64,000 bases of DNA from an uncultured Thermodesulfatator sp. (GCA_964464535.1 CAYXGJ010000002.1:77989-141988), one strand, 5' to 3'; positions 35,145-46,245 are shown, numbered from the stretch's first letter. Program-made: numbers and translations. The notes: generated from the letters alone by a model not told the origin.

Positions 35145-38100
35145 TTACTTAATGTTTAGGTAATCTTTCAAGATTTCTGAAGTAATAGTATTAGCTTTTA
35201 AAAATTCTTCAATAGGTCCTTCAAAGATAAGGTAACCTCCTTTTTCTCCTCCTTCAGGACCAAGTTCAATTACCCAATCTGCCCATTTAATAAGTTCAAG
35301 ATTATGTTCTATTACAATAACAGTATGTCCTTTATCAATAAGTCCTTGCAATACATTTACTAACTTTTCCACATCATTTATATGAAGTCCTGTAGTGGGT
35401 TCGTCTAAAATAAAAAGAGAGCCTCCTTTTGAGGATTTGACAAATTCCTTAGTAAGTTTTATTCTTTGAGCCTCTCCTCCAGAAAGAGAAGGACTTGGTT
35501 GACCAAGATTCAAATAATCAAGACCAATGTTGCAAAGAGTATTTAATTTTTGATAAATAGAGGAGAAGTGTTTGAAAAATTCTTTTGCTTCAGAAAAATC
35601 CATATTCAAAACTTCAGAAATATTTTTTCCTTTGAAATAGACTTCAAGGGTTTCTGGATTATATCTTTTACCTCCGCAATATTCACATACCTGATATACT
35701 TCTGGTAAAAATTTAATTTCCACTTTAAGATAACCTTGTCCTTTGCAATAAGGACATTGCCCTTCTTCAGTATTAAAAGAAAATCTGCCTTCCTTATAAC
35801 CTCTTTGTCTTGCTAAAGGAGTATTTGCAAAAACTTCTCTAATATTAGTAAAAACATTTATATAAGTTGCTGGAGTAGATCTTGGTGTATTTCCAATCGG
35901 AGAATGATCAACTAAGTAAACTCTCTTTATATTTTCAAATCCTCTTACATTTTTAACTCCCCATAAATCTAATTTTGACTTAGTTTTTATACTCAAAAGC
36001 TTTTTTAAATTTTCATAAAGAAGTTCACATATTAAAGTTGATTTTCCAGAACCAGAAACTCCTACTACTACTGTAAGTGAATTTAAGGGAATAGATACAT
36101 TTATATTTTTAAGATTTCTTAAATAAGCTCCCTCTAAAAGAATAAATTTAGAAGGTTTTCTTTTAAGACTCTTTAATTTCTTTCTGTTTATATCTTTAAG
36201 AGCTTTTGCAGTTTCCGAAATTTCATTTTTAAGAAGTTGAGAAGGAGTTCCTACAAATATAACTTCTCCTCCCTTTTTTCCTCCTCCTGGACCAAGATCT
36301 ACAATATAATCAGCAGAAAGAATAGTTTCTTCATCATGCTCAACTACAATTATAGTATTTCCCTTATTTTTTAAAGATTTTAAAACTTTTATCAACTTAG
36401 CATTATCCTTAGGATGAAGTCCAATTGTTGGTTCATCAAGAATATAAGCAACCCCTGTGAGATTGCTTCCAATTTCAGCGGATATTCTTACTCTTTTAGC
36501 TTCTCCAGAAGATAGAGTATCTGCTGATCTTCCAAGGGTTAAATATCCTACACCAAGCTCAATTAAATATTTGAGTCTTGATATTATTTCAGAAATAAGT
36601 CCTTCAGCTAAAATTTTTTCTTTACCTTCAAGCTTAAGGTTTTTTAAAAATTCTATTGCCTTTTCAATACTAAGTTCACAAAATTCAGGAAGGGAAAGAC
36701 CGTTTATTTTATAATAAAAAACTTCCTCTTTATACCTACTTCCTTTACATAAAGGACAGACCTTATCTTCTATTTTCCCAAGACCTTGACAGTGAGAACA
36801 AGCACCGATTCTTGAATTAAAAGCAAAAAGCAAGGGATCAGGTTCAGGAAGGCTAACTCCACATTTTACACAGGCTCTCTTTTGGCTAAAAAGAAATTCC
36901 TTAGAATTTACCAGAAGTAAAGCTTCTCCCTTACCCTCCTTTAAAGTTTTTAAAAATAGCTCTTCAAAATTTTTAAATTTTTTAAAATTAGTCTTACCTA
37001 TTAAAGCTTCAATGGTATGCTCTTTATATCTTGATAAAGAAGGTATAGGTGGGAGTTTATAGAAAATTGAATCAATTCTTACTTCGTAATATCCGGAGTT
37101 TAAAAGCTTTTCAAAAAGATTCCTGTAAATTCCTTTGCGGTGTTTTACTATGGGTGCAAGAAAGGAAACTTCAGCATTTTCAAGTTTTTCTTCCTTAAAA
37201 AGTTTTTTAGCAAATTCAAGAAGTTCCTTTTCTGAACGAGGTATTAATGGGAAATTACATTTTGGACAATAGGTTTTACTTATCTTTGAATAAAGAAGTC
37301 TTAAATAAGGAAGTATTTCTGTAAGGGTACCAACTGTAGAACGAGGAGATAATTCTCCTGATTTTTGTTCTAAAGCCACTGTAGGTGGAATACCAGAAAT
37401 AAGGTCATAATCTATTTCTTCATAAAGTTTTAAAAATTGTCTTAAATAGGCAGGTAAAGTTTCTAAAAATCTTCTTTGTCCCTCAGTGAAAATAACATCA
37501 AAAGCAAGAGTTGATTTTCCAGAGCCAGAAACTCCTGTAATCACAATAAATTTTTCTCTTGGCAAATCTACATCTATATTTTTTAAGTTATGATGTCTTA
37601 TACCTCTAAGTTTTATGTAAGTATCTTCATAATGATATTTTTTTTCCTTTTCAGCTTTTTCTTTAAGTTTTAAACCTGTTAAATATTCTTTTAAATAATA
37701 AGCTGTTTTACTTTTTTGATCTTTTAAATTTAAAAAATCCTTTAAAGATCCTTCAAAGATAAGGTAACCTCCTTTTTCTCCTCCTTCAGGACCAAGTTCA
37801 ATTACCCAATCTGAGGAAAGTATTATTTCAGGATGATGCTCAACTACCACAATGGTATGTCCTTTTTCTTTAAGATATTTTAAAGAAGAAACAAGTTTTT
37901 CTATATCTTTTAAATGAAGTCCTACTGTTGGTTCGTCAAGGAGAATAAGCGCTTTTTCACTTTTTATTTGAGATAGAATTTCTGCAATTTTTAATCTTTG
38001 TGCTTCTCCTCCAGAAAGAGTCGAAAGGGGTTGTCCCAATTTTAAATAACCAAGACCAAGTTTTTGCAAGATATTTAAAGTTCCTTTTATAGGAGGATGA

Positions 38101-40409
38101 TTTTCAAAAAATTCAATAGCAGAATCTACTGTAAGTTCAAGTATTTCTGCAATATTTTTATCTTTCCATTTTATTTCAAGTACTTCTTCTTTATATCTTT
38201 TTCCTTTACATACCTCACAAGGAATGACAAGATCTGAAAGAAACTGCATTTCTATAACTTCAAAACCAAGACCTTTACATTCGGAACATTGTGAAATTTC
38301 AGAATTAAAAGAGAAAAAGGTTTCAGTATATCCGTATTTTTTAGCAAGAGGAGTGCTTGCAAGAAGTTTTCTAATATAGGGGAAAATTCCTATATAAGTA
38401 GCAACTATACTTCTTGGAGAACGTGCTAAAGGTTCTTGAGTAATAAAAAGAACTTGAGAAAAATGTTCATAACCTTCTATAGATTCACAAGAATCAAAAC
38501 TTAAATTTTGTTTGTAAGCAGTGATACCTTTGTAAATTATTTCTTCAAGAAGGGTTGATTTTCCAGAGCCAGAAGCTCCTACTATAGAGGTAATAGCACC
38601 AACAGGTAAAGAAAAAGTTATTTCTTTTAAATTATATTTTTTAGCCTTTATTATTTTTAATTTTTTGGGGTAAGAGTAAGAAGTATAATAAGAGACTTTT
38701 CTTTGAGAACTTAAGTATTTAAGTGCTAAAGCAGTAGGGGTATCTTTTTCAAATATCTTCTTTGGAGTTCCTGCATAAAGAAGATAACCCCCTTTTTCTC
38801 CTCCCTCAGGGCCAAGATCTATTAAAAAATCAGCTTGGGTAATAATTTCTGGATCATGTTCTACTATAACTACAGTATTATTTTGAGAAACCAAATTTTC
38901 CATAAATTTAAGTATCTTTTGAGTATCAGTAGGGTGAAGACCTGTTGTTGGTTCATCAATAAGATAAAGGGTTTCTACTAAATTAGAAGAAAGAGCTCTT
39001 GTTAAAAGGCATCTACTTGCTTCTCCTCCAGAAAGAGTTTTACTTGCTCTGTTTAAGGTGAGATAGGAAAGTCCAACCTCTTCTAAATAAAAAAGCCTTT
39101 TTAAAATCTCCTTTGCAAGTCTCTCTTCAGCTGGTAATCTATTTTTAGAAAGAAATTCCTTTATAAATTCCTTTGCTTGTAATATTTCTAAGTTGTAAAA
39201 ATCTCCTATATTTAAGTCTTGAATATAAAAAATAAGCGCTTGTGAATTGAAACGAGTTCCCTTACATATAGGACAGGTTATTTCTCTTCTCAGTTTTGAA
39301 AGAAGGATTCTTATATGAGGTTTATATTTTTTACTTTCAAGCCAATCTATAACTTCTTTAAGTCCATACCAATCTCCTTCTCCAAAAAAGATTTTCCTTT
39401 TTATTTCTGAAGAAAATCTTTCAAAAGGTAAGTTTAGATCTATTCCTTGTTTTTTTAAAAAATCTATAAGATCAAATTTTACTTCCAACATAAAAGGATA
39501 ATCAAGAAGAGGAATTGCTCCATCTTTTATCGATTTTTCAGGATGTTTTACCAAGGCTTTAAAATCTACTACTAAAAGATTTCCAAATCCTTTACATTCA
39601 GGACAAGCTCCTTGAGAAGTATTAAAAGAAAAAAGATTTGGAGTTTTTTGGGGAACTTTAAATCCACAGGTAGGACATACCAATTCGCGAGTATAAGTAA
39701 ATTCTTCGCCATATAATGTTTTCACTTTTATATGATCAGAAAATTTAAAAGCCAGCTCAATAGCTTGAGCGATCTCTGAAAGATCCTCTTCAGAAGGTTT
39801 AAGCCTATAAATAACCACTTCTATTTCATCAACATATGGAAATTTTTCTATTTCTTCAAGCTCACATATTTTACCATCCCAGAAAATTCTACTGAATCCT
39901 GCAGAAAGAAGTCCCTCTTTAAGATAATTGAAATCTGTTTTTATCTTTTGTGGAGAAAGTAAATAAATAGGTATGTTTTTAAAATTTTGGATAATTTCTT
40001 TAGCAATCAAATGAGGGTCTTTAATGTAGATATATTGATTACATCTTGGGCATTTTGGGATACTTGCTTTGTAATAAAGCATTTTAGTAAAATGGCTTAT
40101 TTCAGTAAGTGTTGCAACTGTTGAACGGGAAGTTTTAATATAATTTCCCTGAGGAAAAGCAAGAGCTGGAGGAATATTGTTTATGTCTTCTACTTTTGGT
40201 TTGGGGAGTTTTTCAAAATATTGTCTTACATATGAAGAAAAGGTTTCTAAATATCTTCTCTGTCCTTCAGCATAAAGGGTATCAAAGACTAAACTTGATT
40301 TACCAGCACCAGAAATTCCTGTAACTACAACAAGCTTATAAAAAGGTAATCTTAAATCAAAACCTTTAAGATTATTTTGGGAGACTTTAATAACTTCAAC
40401 AAATTTCAT
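35145..40409 (-). CDS. uvrA: Excinuclease ABC subunit A, double-length (two tandem UvrA modules)
   Basis: Four Walker A motifs (GISGAGKSS, GASGSGKST, GVSGSGKST twice), four LSxGE signatures, multiple CxxC fingers; the second module starts near 37620 (IKLRGIRHHNLKNID). Confidence 0.93.
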   Translation of the reverse strand: MKFVEVIKVSQNNLKGFDLRLPFYKLVVVTGISGAGKSSLVFDTLYAEGQRRYLETFSSYVRQYFEKLPKPKVEDINNIPPALAFPQGNYIKTSRSTVATLTEISHFTKMLYYKASIPKCPRCNQYIYIKDPHLIAKEIIQNFKNIPIYLLSPQKIKTDFNYLKEGLLSAGFSRIFWDGKICELEEIEKFPYVDEIEVVIYRLKPSEEDLSEIAQAIELAFKFSDHIKVKTLYGEEFTYTRELVCPTCGFKVPQKTPNLFSFNTSQGACPECKGFGNLLVVDFKALVKHPEKSIKDGAIPLLDYPFMLEVKFDLIDFLKKQGIDLNLPFERFSSEIKRKIFFGEGDWYGLKEVIDWLESKKYKPHIRILLSKLRREITCPICKGTRFNSQALIFYIQDLNIGDFYNLEILQAKEFIKEFLSKNRLPAEERLAKEILKRLFYLEEVGLSYLTLNRASKTLSGGEASRCLLTRALSSNLVETLYLIDEPTTGLHPTDTQKILKFMENLVSQNNTVVIVEHDPEIITQADFLIDLGPEGGEKGGYLLYAGTPKKIFEKDTPTALALKYLSSQRKVSYYTSYSYPKKLKIIKAKKYNLKEITFSLPVGAITSIVGASGSGKSTLLEEIIYKGITAYKQNLSFDSCESIEGYEHFSQVLFITQEPLARSPRSIVATYIGIFPYIRKLLASTPLAKKYGYTETFFSFNSEISQCSECKGLGFEVIEMQFLSDLVIPCEVCKGKRYKEEVLEIKWKDKNIAEILELTVDSAIEFFENHPPIKGTLNILQKLGLGYLKLGQPLSTLSGGEAQRLKIAEILSQIKSEKALILLDEPTVGLHLKDIEKLVSSLKYLKEKGHTIVVVEHHPEIILSSDWVIELGPEGGEKGGYLIFEGSLKDFLNLKDQKSKTAYYLKEYLTGLKLKEKAEKEKKYHYEDTYIKLRGIRHHNLKNIDVDLPREKFIVITGVSGSGKSTLAFDVIFTEGQRRFLETLPAYLRQFLKLYEEIDYDLISGIPPTVALEQKSGELSPRSTVGTLTEILPYLRLLYSKISKTYCPKCNFPLIPRSEKELLEFAKKLFKEEKLENAEVSFLAPIVKHRKGIYRNLFEKLLNSGYYEVRIDSIFYKLPPIPSLSRYKEHTIEALIGKTNFKKFKNFEELFLKTLKEGKGEALLLVNSKEFLFSQKRACVKCGVSLPEPDPLLFAFNSRIGACSHCQGLGKIEDKVCPLCKGSRYKEEVFYYKINGLSLPEFCELSIEKAIEFLKNLKLEGKEKILAEGLISEIISRLKYLIELGVGYLTLGRSADTLSSGEAKRVRISAEIGSNLTGVAYILDEPTIGLHPKDNAKLIKVLKSLKNKGNTIIVVEHDEETILSADYIVDLGPGGGKKGGEVIFVGTPSQLLKNEISETAKALKDINRKKLKSLKRKPSKFILLEGAYLRNLKNINVSIPLNSLTVVVGVSGSGKSTLICELLYENLKKLLSIKTKSKLDLWGVKNVRGFENIKRVYLVDHSPIGNTPRSTPATYINVFTNIREVFANTPLARQRGYKEGRFSFNTEEGQCPYCKGQGYLKVEIKFLPEVYQVCEYCGGKRYNPETLEVYFKGKNISEVLNMDFSEAKEFFKHFSSIYQKLNTLCNIGLDYLNLGQPSPSLSGGEAQRIKLTKEFVKSSKGGSLFILDEPTTGLHINDVEKLVNVLQGLIDKGHTVIVIEHNLELIKWADWVIELGPEGGEKGGYLIFEGPIEEFLKANTITSEILKDYLNIK
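35217..35281. repeat. 65-bp perfect direct repeat, copy at end of UvrA module 2
   Basis: TCCTTCAAAGATAAGGTAACCTCCTTTTTCTCCTCCTTCAGGACCAAGTTCAATTACCCAATCTG, identical to 37749-37813. Confidence 0.95.
37749..37813. repeat. 65-bp perfect direct repeat, copy at end of UvrA module 1
   Basis: Identical to 35217-35281; both encode DWVIELGPEGGEKGGYLIFEG; offset 2532 bp (844 codons). Confidence 0.95.
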
Positions 40410-40768
40410 TCGCCCTTGATTCTTTCCATCCGCTCCTGTGCTCTCTTACAATCAATACAAAGAGTAGCCTCAGGACGAGCTATAAGTCTTTTTTCATCTA
40501 TAGGCTCTCCACAGGCTTCACATATTCCATATGTTCCATCTTCTATTTTTCTTAAAGCCTTTTCTATTTTCTTCAAAAGTTTTTGTTCTCTATCTCTTAG
40601 TCTTAATTCAAAAGCAAGATTACTTTCTCTGGTTGCTTGATCTAAGGTGTCAGGAAGAGGTTCTCCTATTTCTGTCAATTCTTTCTTAGTTTCCATAACA
40701 TCCTTTAGAATTTCTTCTCTCCTTTTTAAAAGTAACTGTTTGAAAAAATCAAGTTTTTCTTTTTCCAT
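40406..40768 (-). CDS. dksA: RNA polymerase-binding factor DksA
   Basis: Coiled-coil tip DTLDQA, RDREQKLLKKI, C4 finger CEAC...CIDC. Confidence 0.88.
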   Translation of the reverse strand: MEKEKLDFFKQLLLKRREEILKDVMETKKELTEIGEPLPDTLDQATRESNLAFELRLRDREQKLLKKIEKALRKIEDGTYGICEACGEPIDEKRLIARPEATLCIDCKRAQERMERIKGE

Positions 40769-40777
40769 AAAAACCCC

Positions 40778-41263
40778 CTAAGATTTTTCTTCTAAAATAA
40801 GTTCTCCGCTTTTACCACCACTCTTATAAATCAGACGGATATCTGTAATTTTTATACCTTTATGTAAGGATTTACACATATCATAAATAGTTAAAGCTGC
40901 TATAGAAGTAGCTATTAATGCTTCCATTTCAACCCCTGTTTTTGCTACAGTTTTTACTTTACTTGTAACTTCAATAGCAAATTTTTCTGGAACAAATTCA
41001 AATTCTATGTCTATTTTAGAAATAGGTAAAGGATGACAAAGGGGTATAAGTTCGGAAGTTTTCTTAGCTGCAAGTATTCCAGCTACCTTTGCACAAGCTA
41101 AAAAATCCCCCTTTGGAATATCTTGAGAAATAATTTGAGGATAAATATCTTCTGGGAAAATTACTTCTGCTTTTGCTATGGCAACTCTTTCTGTATCTAA
41201 TTTTTCACTTACATCTACCATATGAAGTTCACCTTTTTCTGTAAAATGAGAAAATTGAGACAT
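40778..41263 (-). CDS. moaC: Cyclic pyranopterin monophosphate synthase
   Basis: MVDVSEK, LIPLCHP, TGVEMEAL, YDMCKS, KSGGKSG. Confidence 0.96.
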   Translation of the reverse strand: MSQFSHFTEKGELHMVDVSEKLDTERVAIAKAEVIFPEDIYPQIISQDIPKGDFLACAKVAGILAAKKTSELIPLCHPLPISKIDIEFEFVPEKFAIEVTSKVKTVAKTGVEMEALIATSIAALTIYDMCKSLHKGIKITDIRLIYKSGGKSGELILEEKS

Positions 41264-41275
41264 TTTGAAAACCTC

Positions 41276-42421
41276 TTATTTATTTCCGAAGATAAATTTT
41301 TCCCAAAACTTATTTTTCTTATTTTTAGAAATCTTTGGGTTTGAAAGTAATTCGTTACCAAAATTTTTTATTCCTTCTACCTCAGCAAATTTTTTTAATA
41401 ACTTTTCTCCCTCTTTGCTTAGGTTTTTAGGTATCTCTATTTGAGCTTTCAAAATTAAATTACCTCTTTTACTTGTTTTTACATCAGGAAGACCTTTTCC
41501 CTCAATAATTATTTCCTCTCCTGACTGTATTCCTGGAGGTATTTGTATTTCCAGCTCCTCTCCAAAGTAAGGGATTTTTATTTTATCTCCTAAAATGGCA
41601 GAAACAAGGTTAATTTTTAATTGACCTATTACATCATTTTTTTCTCTATAAAAATAACGATGAGGTTTTATTTTTACTCTTAAAAATAGATCCCCAGGTT
41701 TTCCGCCAAAAAGTCCTGGTTCACCTTCTTTTGGTATTCTTAAAATACTTCCATCCTCAATACCAGCAGGGATAACAACTTCAAATTCCTTTTTCTTCCA
41801 AACTTTACCTGATCCTTTACACTTTTCACAATGTGCTATATAAGCCTTTCCCTTACCTTTACAATCTGGACAGGTATAACTTATTCTAAAAAAACCCTCT
41901 GTGTAAGTAACCCTTCCTGTACCTTTACATACCTCGCATATTTTAACTCCCTTTTCTAGATCATAACCTAATCCTTTACAAAAATCGCATATTTCAAATT
42001 TTTCAATCTCCAATTTTACTTTTTTGTCTTGGAAAAGATCTTCAAAATCTAAAGCTATCTCATAAGATAGATCAGCTCCATCTCTCGGTTTAGTATGGAA
42101 TTTTTCTTCAAAAGAAAAATTGAAAAATTCTTCAAAGATATCGGAAAAGGCTTTAAAAATATCAGAAATATTTTCAAATCCTCTATAACCTGATGATCTT
42201 AATCCAGAATAGCCATAAGCATCATATATTGCTCTTTTTTCTGGATCTGAAAGAACCTCGTAAGCTTCTGAAATTTCCTTAAATTTCTCTTCGGCTTCTT
42301 TATTTCCTGGGTTTCTGTCAGGATGATACTTTAAAGCAAGTCTTCTATAAGCACGCTTTATCTCTTCTTGAGTTGCGTCTCTTGGAACTCCAAGGATAGT
42401 ATAATAATCTTTATAAACCAT
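41276..42421 (-). CDS. dnaJ: Molecular chaperone DnaJ
   Basis: J-domain with HPD, four CxxCxGxG repeats, C-terminal GDL motif. Confidence 0.93.
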   Translation of the reverse strand: MVYKDYYTILGVPRDATQEEIKRAYRRLALKYHPDRNPGNKEAEEKFKEISEAYEVLSDPEKRAIYDAYGYSGLRSSGYRGFENISDIFKAFSDIFEEFFNFSFEEKFHTKPRDGADLSYEIALDFEDLFQDKKVKLEIEKFEICDFCKGLGYDLEKGVKICEVCKGTGRVTYTEGFFRISYTCPDCKGKGKAYIAHCEKCKGSGKVWKKKEFEVVIPAGIEDGSILRIPKEGEPGLFGGKPGDLFLRVKIKPHRYFYREKNDVIGQLKINLVSAILGDKIKIPYFGEELEIQIPPGIQSGEEIIIEGKGLPDVKTSKRGNLILKAQIEIPKNLSKEGEKLLKKFAEVEGIKNFGNELLSNPKISKNKKNKFWEKFIFGNK

Positions 42422-42422
42422 C

Positions 42423-42689
42423 TTATTTGTTTAAACTTTTTTGTTTTAAAATTTCAGAAATTTCGTAAGGAGAGGTAATCTTTTCTTTTTTATCCAATTC
42501 TTTTATATTTTCTTGAGTAACTAATCCTGCTGCAATTTCTCTTAAAGCAGTAACAATTTCTTTATTATCACATTCTATAAGAGGTTGAATTCCCTCTCTT
42601 AACCACTTTATCCTTTCTATAGCTAAATGAATTAGTCTAAATCTACTGGGTACCTTTTTAAGGCAATCCTCTACTGTAATTCTTGCCAT
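42423..42689 (-). CDS. rpoZ: RNA polymerase omega subunit
   Basis: [23 protein letters not shown]. Confidence 0.93.
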   Translation of the reverse strand: MARITVEDCLKKVPSRFRLIHLAIERIKWLREGIQPLIECDNKEIVTALREIAAGLVTQENIKELDKKEKITSPYEISEILKQKSLNK

Positions 42690-42731
42690 TTTTTCCCACC
42701 TAAGATGGATTTTAACAATTTTTAAAGTTTC

Positions 42732-42956
42732 TTAAACAGCTATTACTTCAGTTACTTCAGGAATTTCTTTTTTTAGATATCTTTCAATTCCCATTTTAAG
42801 AGTCATAAGAGCCATGGGACAGGAACCACAAGCACCTTTTAATTTTACCTTTACTACCCCTTCTTCTGTAACCTCTACTAATTCTACATCTCCTCCATCT
42901 GCTTGTAAATAAGGTCTAACCTTTGATAAAGCTTTTTCAACCTCATCTTTAAGCAT
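42732..42956 (-). CDS. NifU/Nfu-type Fe-S cluster carrier domain protein
   Basis: VRPYLQADGGDVEL, LKGACGSCP. Confidence 0.9.
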   Translation of the reverse strand: MLKDEVEKALSKVRPYLQADGGDVELVEVTEEGVVKVKLKGACGSCPMALMTLKMGIERYLKKEIPEVTEVIAV

Positions 42957-43011
42957 TAAAATTACCTCCTTGATTTGATATTTAATTTTTAAAAATTTAA
43001 TACAAATTTTC

Positions 43012-43040
43012 TTGACAGCAAGGTTACATTTATTTAAAAT
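43012..43040 (+). promoter_or_regulatory. Sigma70 promoter of ilvD-mlaEFD
   Basis: TTGACA 43012-43017, 17 nt, TAAAAT 43035-43040; SD AAGGAG. Confidence 0.65.
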
Positions 43041-43067
43041 TAATTAATTTTAAAATAAGGAGTTTTT

Positions 43068-44723
43068 ATGAGAAGTGATAGAGTAAAAAAGGGTTTAGAG
43101 AGAGCCCCTCACAGGTCTTTATTTAAAGCTCTTGGATTTACGGATGAAGAATTAAAAAAACCACTTATTGGAATTGCTAACTCCTTTAATGAAATAGTCC
43201 CTGGTCATATTCATTTAAGGCAAATTGTATCTGCAGTAAAAGCAGGAATTAGAGAAGAGGGGGGAGTTCCTGTAGAATTTGGTGTAATAGGGGTGTGCGA
43301 TGGTATAGCCATGAATCACGAAGGTATGAAATATTCTTTGCCTAGTCGCGAAATAATTGCTGATTCTATAGAAATAATGAGCATGGCTCATGCTTTTGAT
43401 GGTTTGGTTTTAGTAACAAGCTGTGATAAAATCACTCCTGGTATGCTTATGGCTATGTTTAGACTTAATATACCTTCTATAATTATAGCTGGTGGACCAA
43501 TGCTTTTAGGAAGTTATAAAGGAAAAAGGGCTAATCTTATTTCAGTTTTTGAAGGGATTGGTAAAGTTAAAGCTAAAGAAATGACTGAAGAAGAATTAAG
43601 AGAACTTGAAGCCTGTGCTTGTCCCACATGTGGTTCTTGTGCTGGTATGTTTACAGCAAATTCTATGAATTGTCTTTCTGAAGCTATAGGTCTTGCTCTT
43701 CCTGGCAATGGCACAATTCCAGCTGTATTTGCTGATAGAATAAGACTTGCTAAGGAAACTGGTAGAAAGATAATGGAGCTTGTCAAGAAAAATCTTACTC
43801 CTAAAAAATTAATCACCAAAGAATCTTTTGAAAATGCTATAGCTGTTGATATGGCTTTAGGTTGCTCTACAAACACAGTTCTTCATCTTTTAGCTATTGC
43901 TAAAGAAGCAGGAATAGATATCAATTTAAAAACCTTTGATGAAATTTCAAGAAAAACTCCAGTTCTTGCCAAACTTATTCCTGCAGGAGAACACGGAATT
44001 GTTGACCTTCATTTTGCAGGTGGAATACCAGCAGTAATGAAAGAACTTTCTAAATTAGGAATAATAAACCTTGAGGTAAAAACTGTTACAGGAAAAACTT
44101 TAAAGGAAAACCTTAAAGGAGTAAAAGTTCTCAATTATGAAGTAATAAGACCAGTTAAAAATCCTTATCATAAAGAAGGGGGAATAGCTATACTTTATGG
44201 AAATTTAGCGCCTGAGGGTGCAGTAGTAAAAACAAGCGCTATTGTTCCAAAGATGTTAAAATATTCTGGAACAGCAAAAGTTTTTAATTCAGAAGAAGAG
44301 GCTTATCAAGCTATCTTAGAGGGGAAGATAAAATCCGGAGATGTTTTAGTTATTAGATATGAAGGACCTAAAGGTGGACCAGGAATGAGAGAAATGCTTT
44401 CTCCTACCTCAGCAATTATAGGAATGGGGTTAGGTGATTCTGTTGCTCTTATCACTGATGGAAGATTTAGTGGTGGAACACAAGGAGCTTGTATTGGACA
44501 TGTCTCTCCAGAAGCAGCAGAAGGAGGTCCGATTGCACTTGTTGAAGACGGAGATATTATAGAAATAGATATCCCCCGAAGAAGGCTTAATCTAAAGGTT
44601 TCAGAAAAGGAATTAGAAAGAAGAAGAAAAAAATGGAAACCTCCTCAAAAAAAATTAAAAGGAATATTGAAAAAATATTATAGCTTGGTACAATCAGGAG
44701 CTAAAGGAGCAATTTTAGAATGA
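43068..44723 (+). CDS. ilvD: Dihydroxy-acid dehydratase
   Basis: [62 protein letters not shown]. Confidence 0.97.
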   Translation: MRSDRVKKGLERAPHRSLFKALGFTDEELKKPLIGIANSFNEIVPGHIHLRQIVSAVKAGIREEGGVPVEFGVIGVCDGIAMNHEGMKYSLPSREIIADSIEIMSMAHAFDGLVLVTSCDKITPGMLMAMFRLNIPSIIIAGGPMLLGSYKGKRANLISVFEGIGKVKAKEMTEEELRELEACACPTCGSCAGMFTANSMNCLSEAIGLALPGNGTIPAVFADRIRLAKETGRKIMELVKKNLTPKKLITKESFENAIAVDMALGCSTNTVLHLLAIAKEAGIDINLKTFDEISRKTPVLAKLIPAGEHGIVDLHFAGGIPAVMKELSKLGIINLEVKTVTGKTLKENLKGVKVLNYEVIRPVKNPYHKEGGIAILYGNLAPEGAVVKTSAIVPKMLKYSGTAKVFNSEEEAYQAILEGKIKSGDVLVIRYEGPKGGPGMREMLSPTSAIIGMGLGDSVALITDGRFSGGTQGACIGHVSPEAAEGGPIALVEDGDIIEIDIPRRRLNLKVSEKELERRRKKWKPPQKKLKGILKKYYSLVQSGAKGAILE

Positions 44724-45487
44724 ATCCTTTTTCTTTCTTAGGAAGAGCTTTCTTTAAAATTCTTAGTGATTGTGGCGGAATTTTTCTTTTCTTTTTAAAA
44801 AGCTTTATTTATTCCTTCTTTCCTCCTTATAGAGTAAAACTTCTTATAAAACATATGGAATTTATTGGAGTAAAATCCTGGTTAGTAGTAATTTTAACCT
44901 CCCTTTTTTCTGGAATGGTTACTGCTTATCAAGTAAATATTGCTTTAGCTAAGGTAGGATCTCAAAGTATACTTGGAGGTGTGGTTGCCTTAACTCTTAC
45001 TAGAGAATTAGGACCAGTTCTTACTGCAGTAGTAGTTATTGCAAGAGCAGGATCAGCTATTTCTGCTGAATTAGGAAGTATGAGAATAACTGAGCAAATT
45101 GATGCTCTTAAAATTATGGCTGTTAATCCAATTCAATATCTTATGAGCCCAAGACTATGGGCTGCTATAATAGTTTTACCCCTTTTAACAGCTATTTCAG
45201 ATTTTGTGGGTATTACAGGAGGTTATATAATAGGAACTTTTTTACTTCATATAGATCCTGGGCTTTTAACAGCAAGAATGATAGATATGGTAGAATTAAA
45301 AGATATTATGAGTGGAATAATTAAATCCATTTTCTTTGGCGCCTTTTTAGTAGTGGTTTGTGGATATAAGGGATATTATGCTTCTGGAGGAGCAGAAGGT
45401 GTAGGAAGAGCTACTACTGAAGCTGTAGTTATTTCTACAGTAGGTATTTTAGTTTCTGATTATATTTTAACTACTCTTTTCTTTTAA
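44720..45487 (+). CDS. mlaE: MCE/Mla ABC transporter permease
   Basis: [35 protein letters not shown]. Confidence 0.92.
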   Translation: MNPFSFLGRAFFKILSDCGGIFLFFLKSFIYSFFPPYRVKLLIKHMEFIGVKSWLVVILTSLFSGMVTAYQVNIALAKVGSQSILGGVVALTLTRELGPVLTAVVVIARAGSAISAELGSMRITEQIDALKIMAVNPIQYLMSPRLWAAIIVLPLLTAISDFVGITGGYIIGTFLLHIDPGLLTARMIDMVELKDIMSGIIKSIFFGAFLVVVCGYKGYYASGGAEGVGRATTEAVVISTVGILVSDYILTTLFF

Positions 45488-45492
45488 CAAAT

Positions 45493-46221
45493 ATGCTTAC
45501 TATAAAAGAACTCAAAAAAAGTTTTAATGGACTTGAAGTTTTAAAAGGAGTTAATTTATTTATTCCTGAAGGAAAAGTCACATTTATAATGGGACAAAGC
45601 GGAACAGGTAAAAGTGTACTTTTAAAACATATAGTTGGACTTTTAAAACCTGATAGTGGTGAAATATGGTTCGAAAATAAAGATATTACCAAACTTTCTG
45701 AAAAGGAATTACAGAAAATAAGAAGAAAAATAGGTTTCTTATTTCAAGAAGGAGCACTTTTTGATTCTCTGACTGTAAAGGGGAATATAATATTTCCTTT
45801 AAAAGAACACTTTAAAATGCCAAAATCTGAAATGGAAAAAACAGTAGAGGAACTTTTATCTGCAGTAGATTTACTGTCTGCTAAAGATAAATATCCTTCT
45901 GAGCTTTCTGGAGGAATGAAAAAGAGAGCAGCTCTTGCAAGAACCCTTGCCCTTAAACCCCAAGTAGTACTTTTTGATGAGCCAACTACAGGACTTGATC
46001 CAATTTTACAAGTTTCTATCTTAGACTTAATCAAAAGTCTTAAAGAAAAATACAATCTTACCTGTGTAATAGTAAGTCATGACCTTAATCTTGCTTTTAA
46101 ATTTGCAGATTATATTGCCTTTTTACATGAAGGGATTATCATAGAAGTAGGGACTCCTGAAGAAATAAAAGCATCTACAAATGAATTTGTTAAAAAATTT
46201 GTAGAAAGTGCTTCGTTATAA
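45493..46221 (+). CDS. mlaF: MCE/Mla ABC transporter ATPase
   Basis: GQSGTGKS, FQEGALFDSL, LSGGMKKR, DEPTTGLDP, VSHD. Confidence 0.92.
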   Translation: MLTIKELKKSFNGLEVLKGVNLFIPEGKVTFIMGQSGTGKSVLLKHIVGLLKPDSGEIWFENKDITKLSEKELQKIRRKIGFLFQEGALFDSLTVKGNIIFPLKEHFKMPKSEMEKTVEELLSAVDLLSAKDKYPSELSGGMKKRAALARTLALKPQVVLFDEPTTGLDPILQVSILDLIKSLKEKYNLTCVIVSHDLNLAFKFADYIAFLHEGIIIEVGTPEEIKASTNEFVKKFVESASL

Positions 46222-46245
46222 ATTAAATAATAGGAGGGTTTAAAA

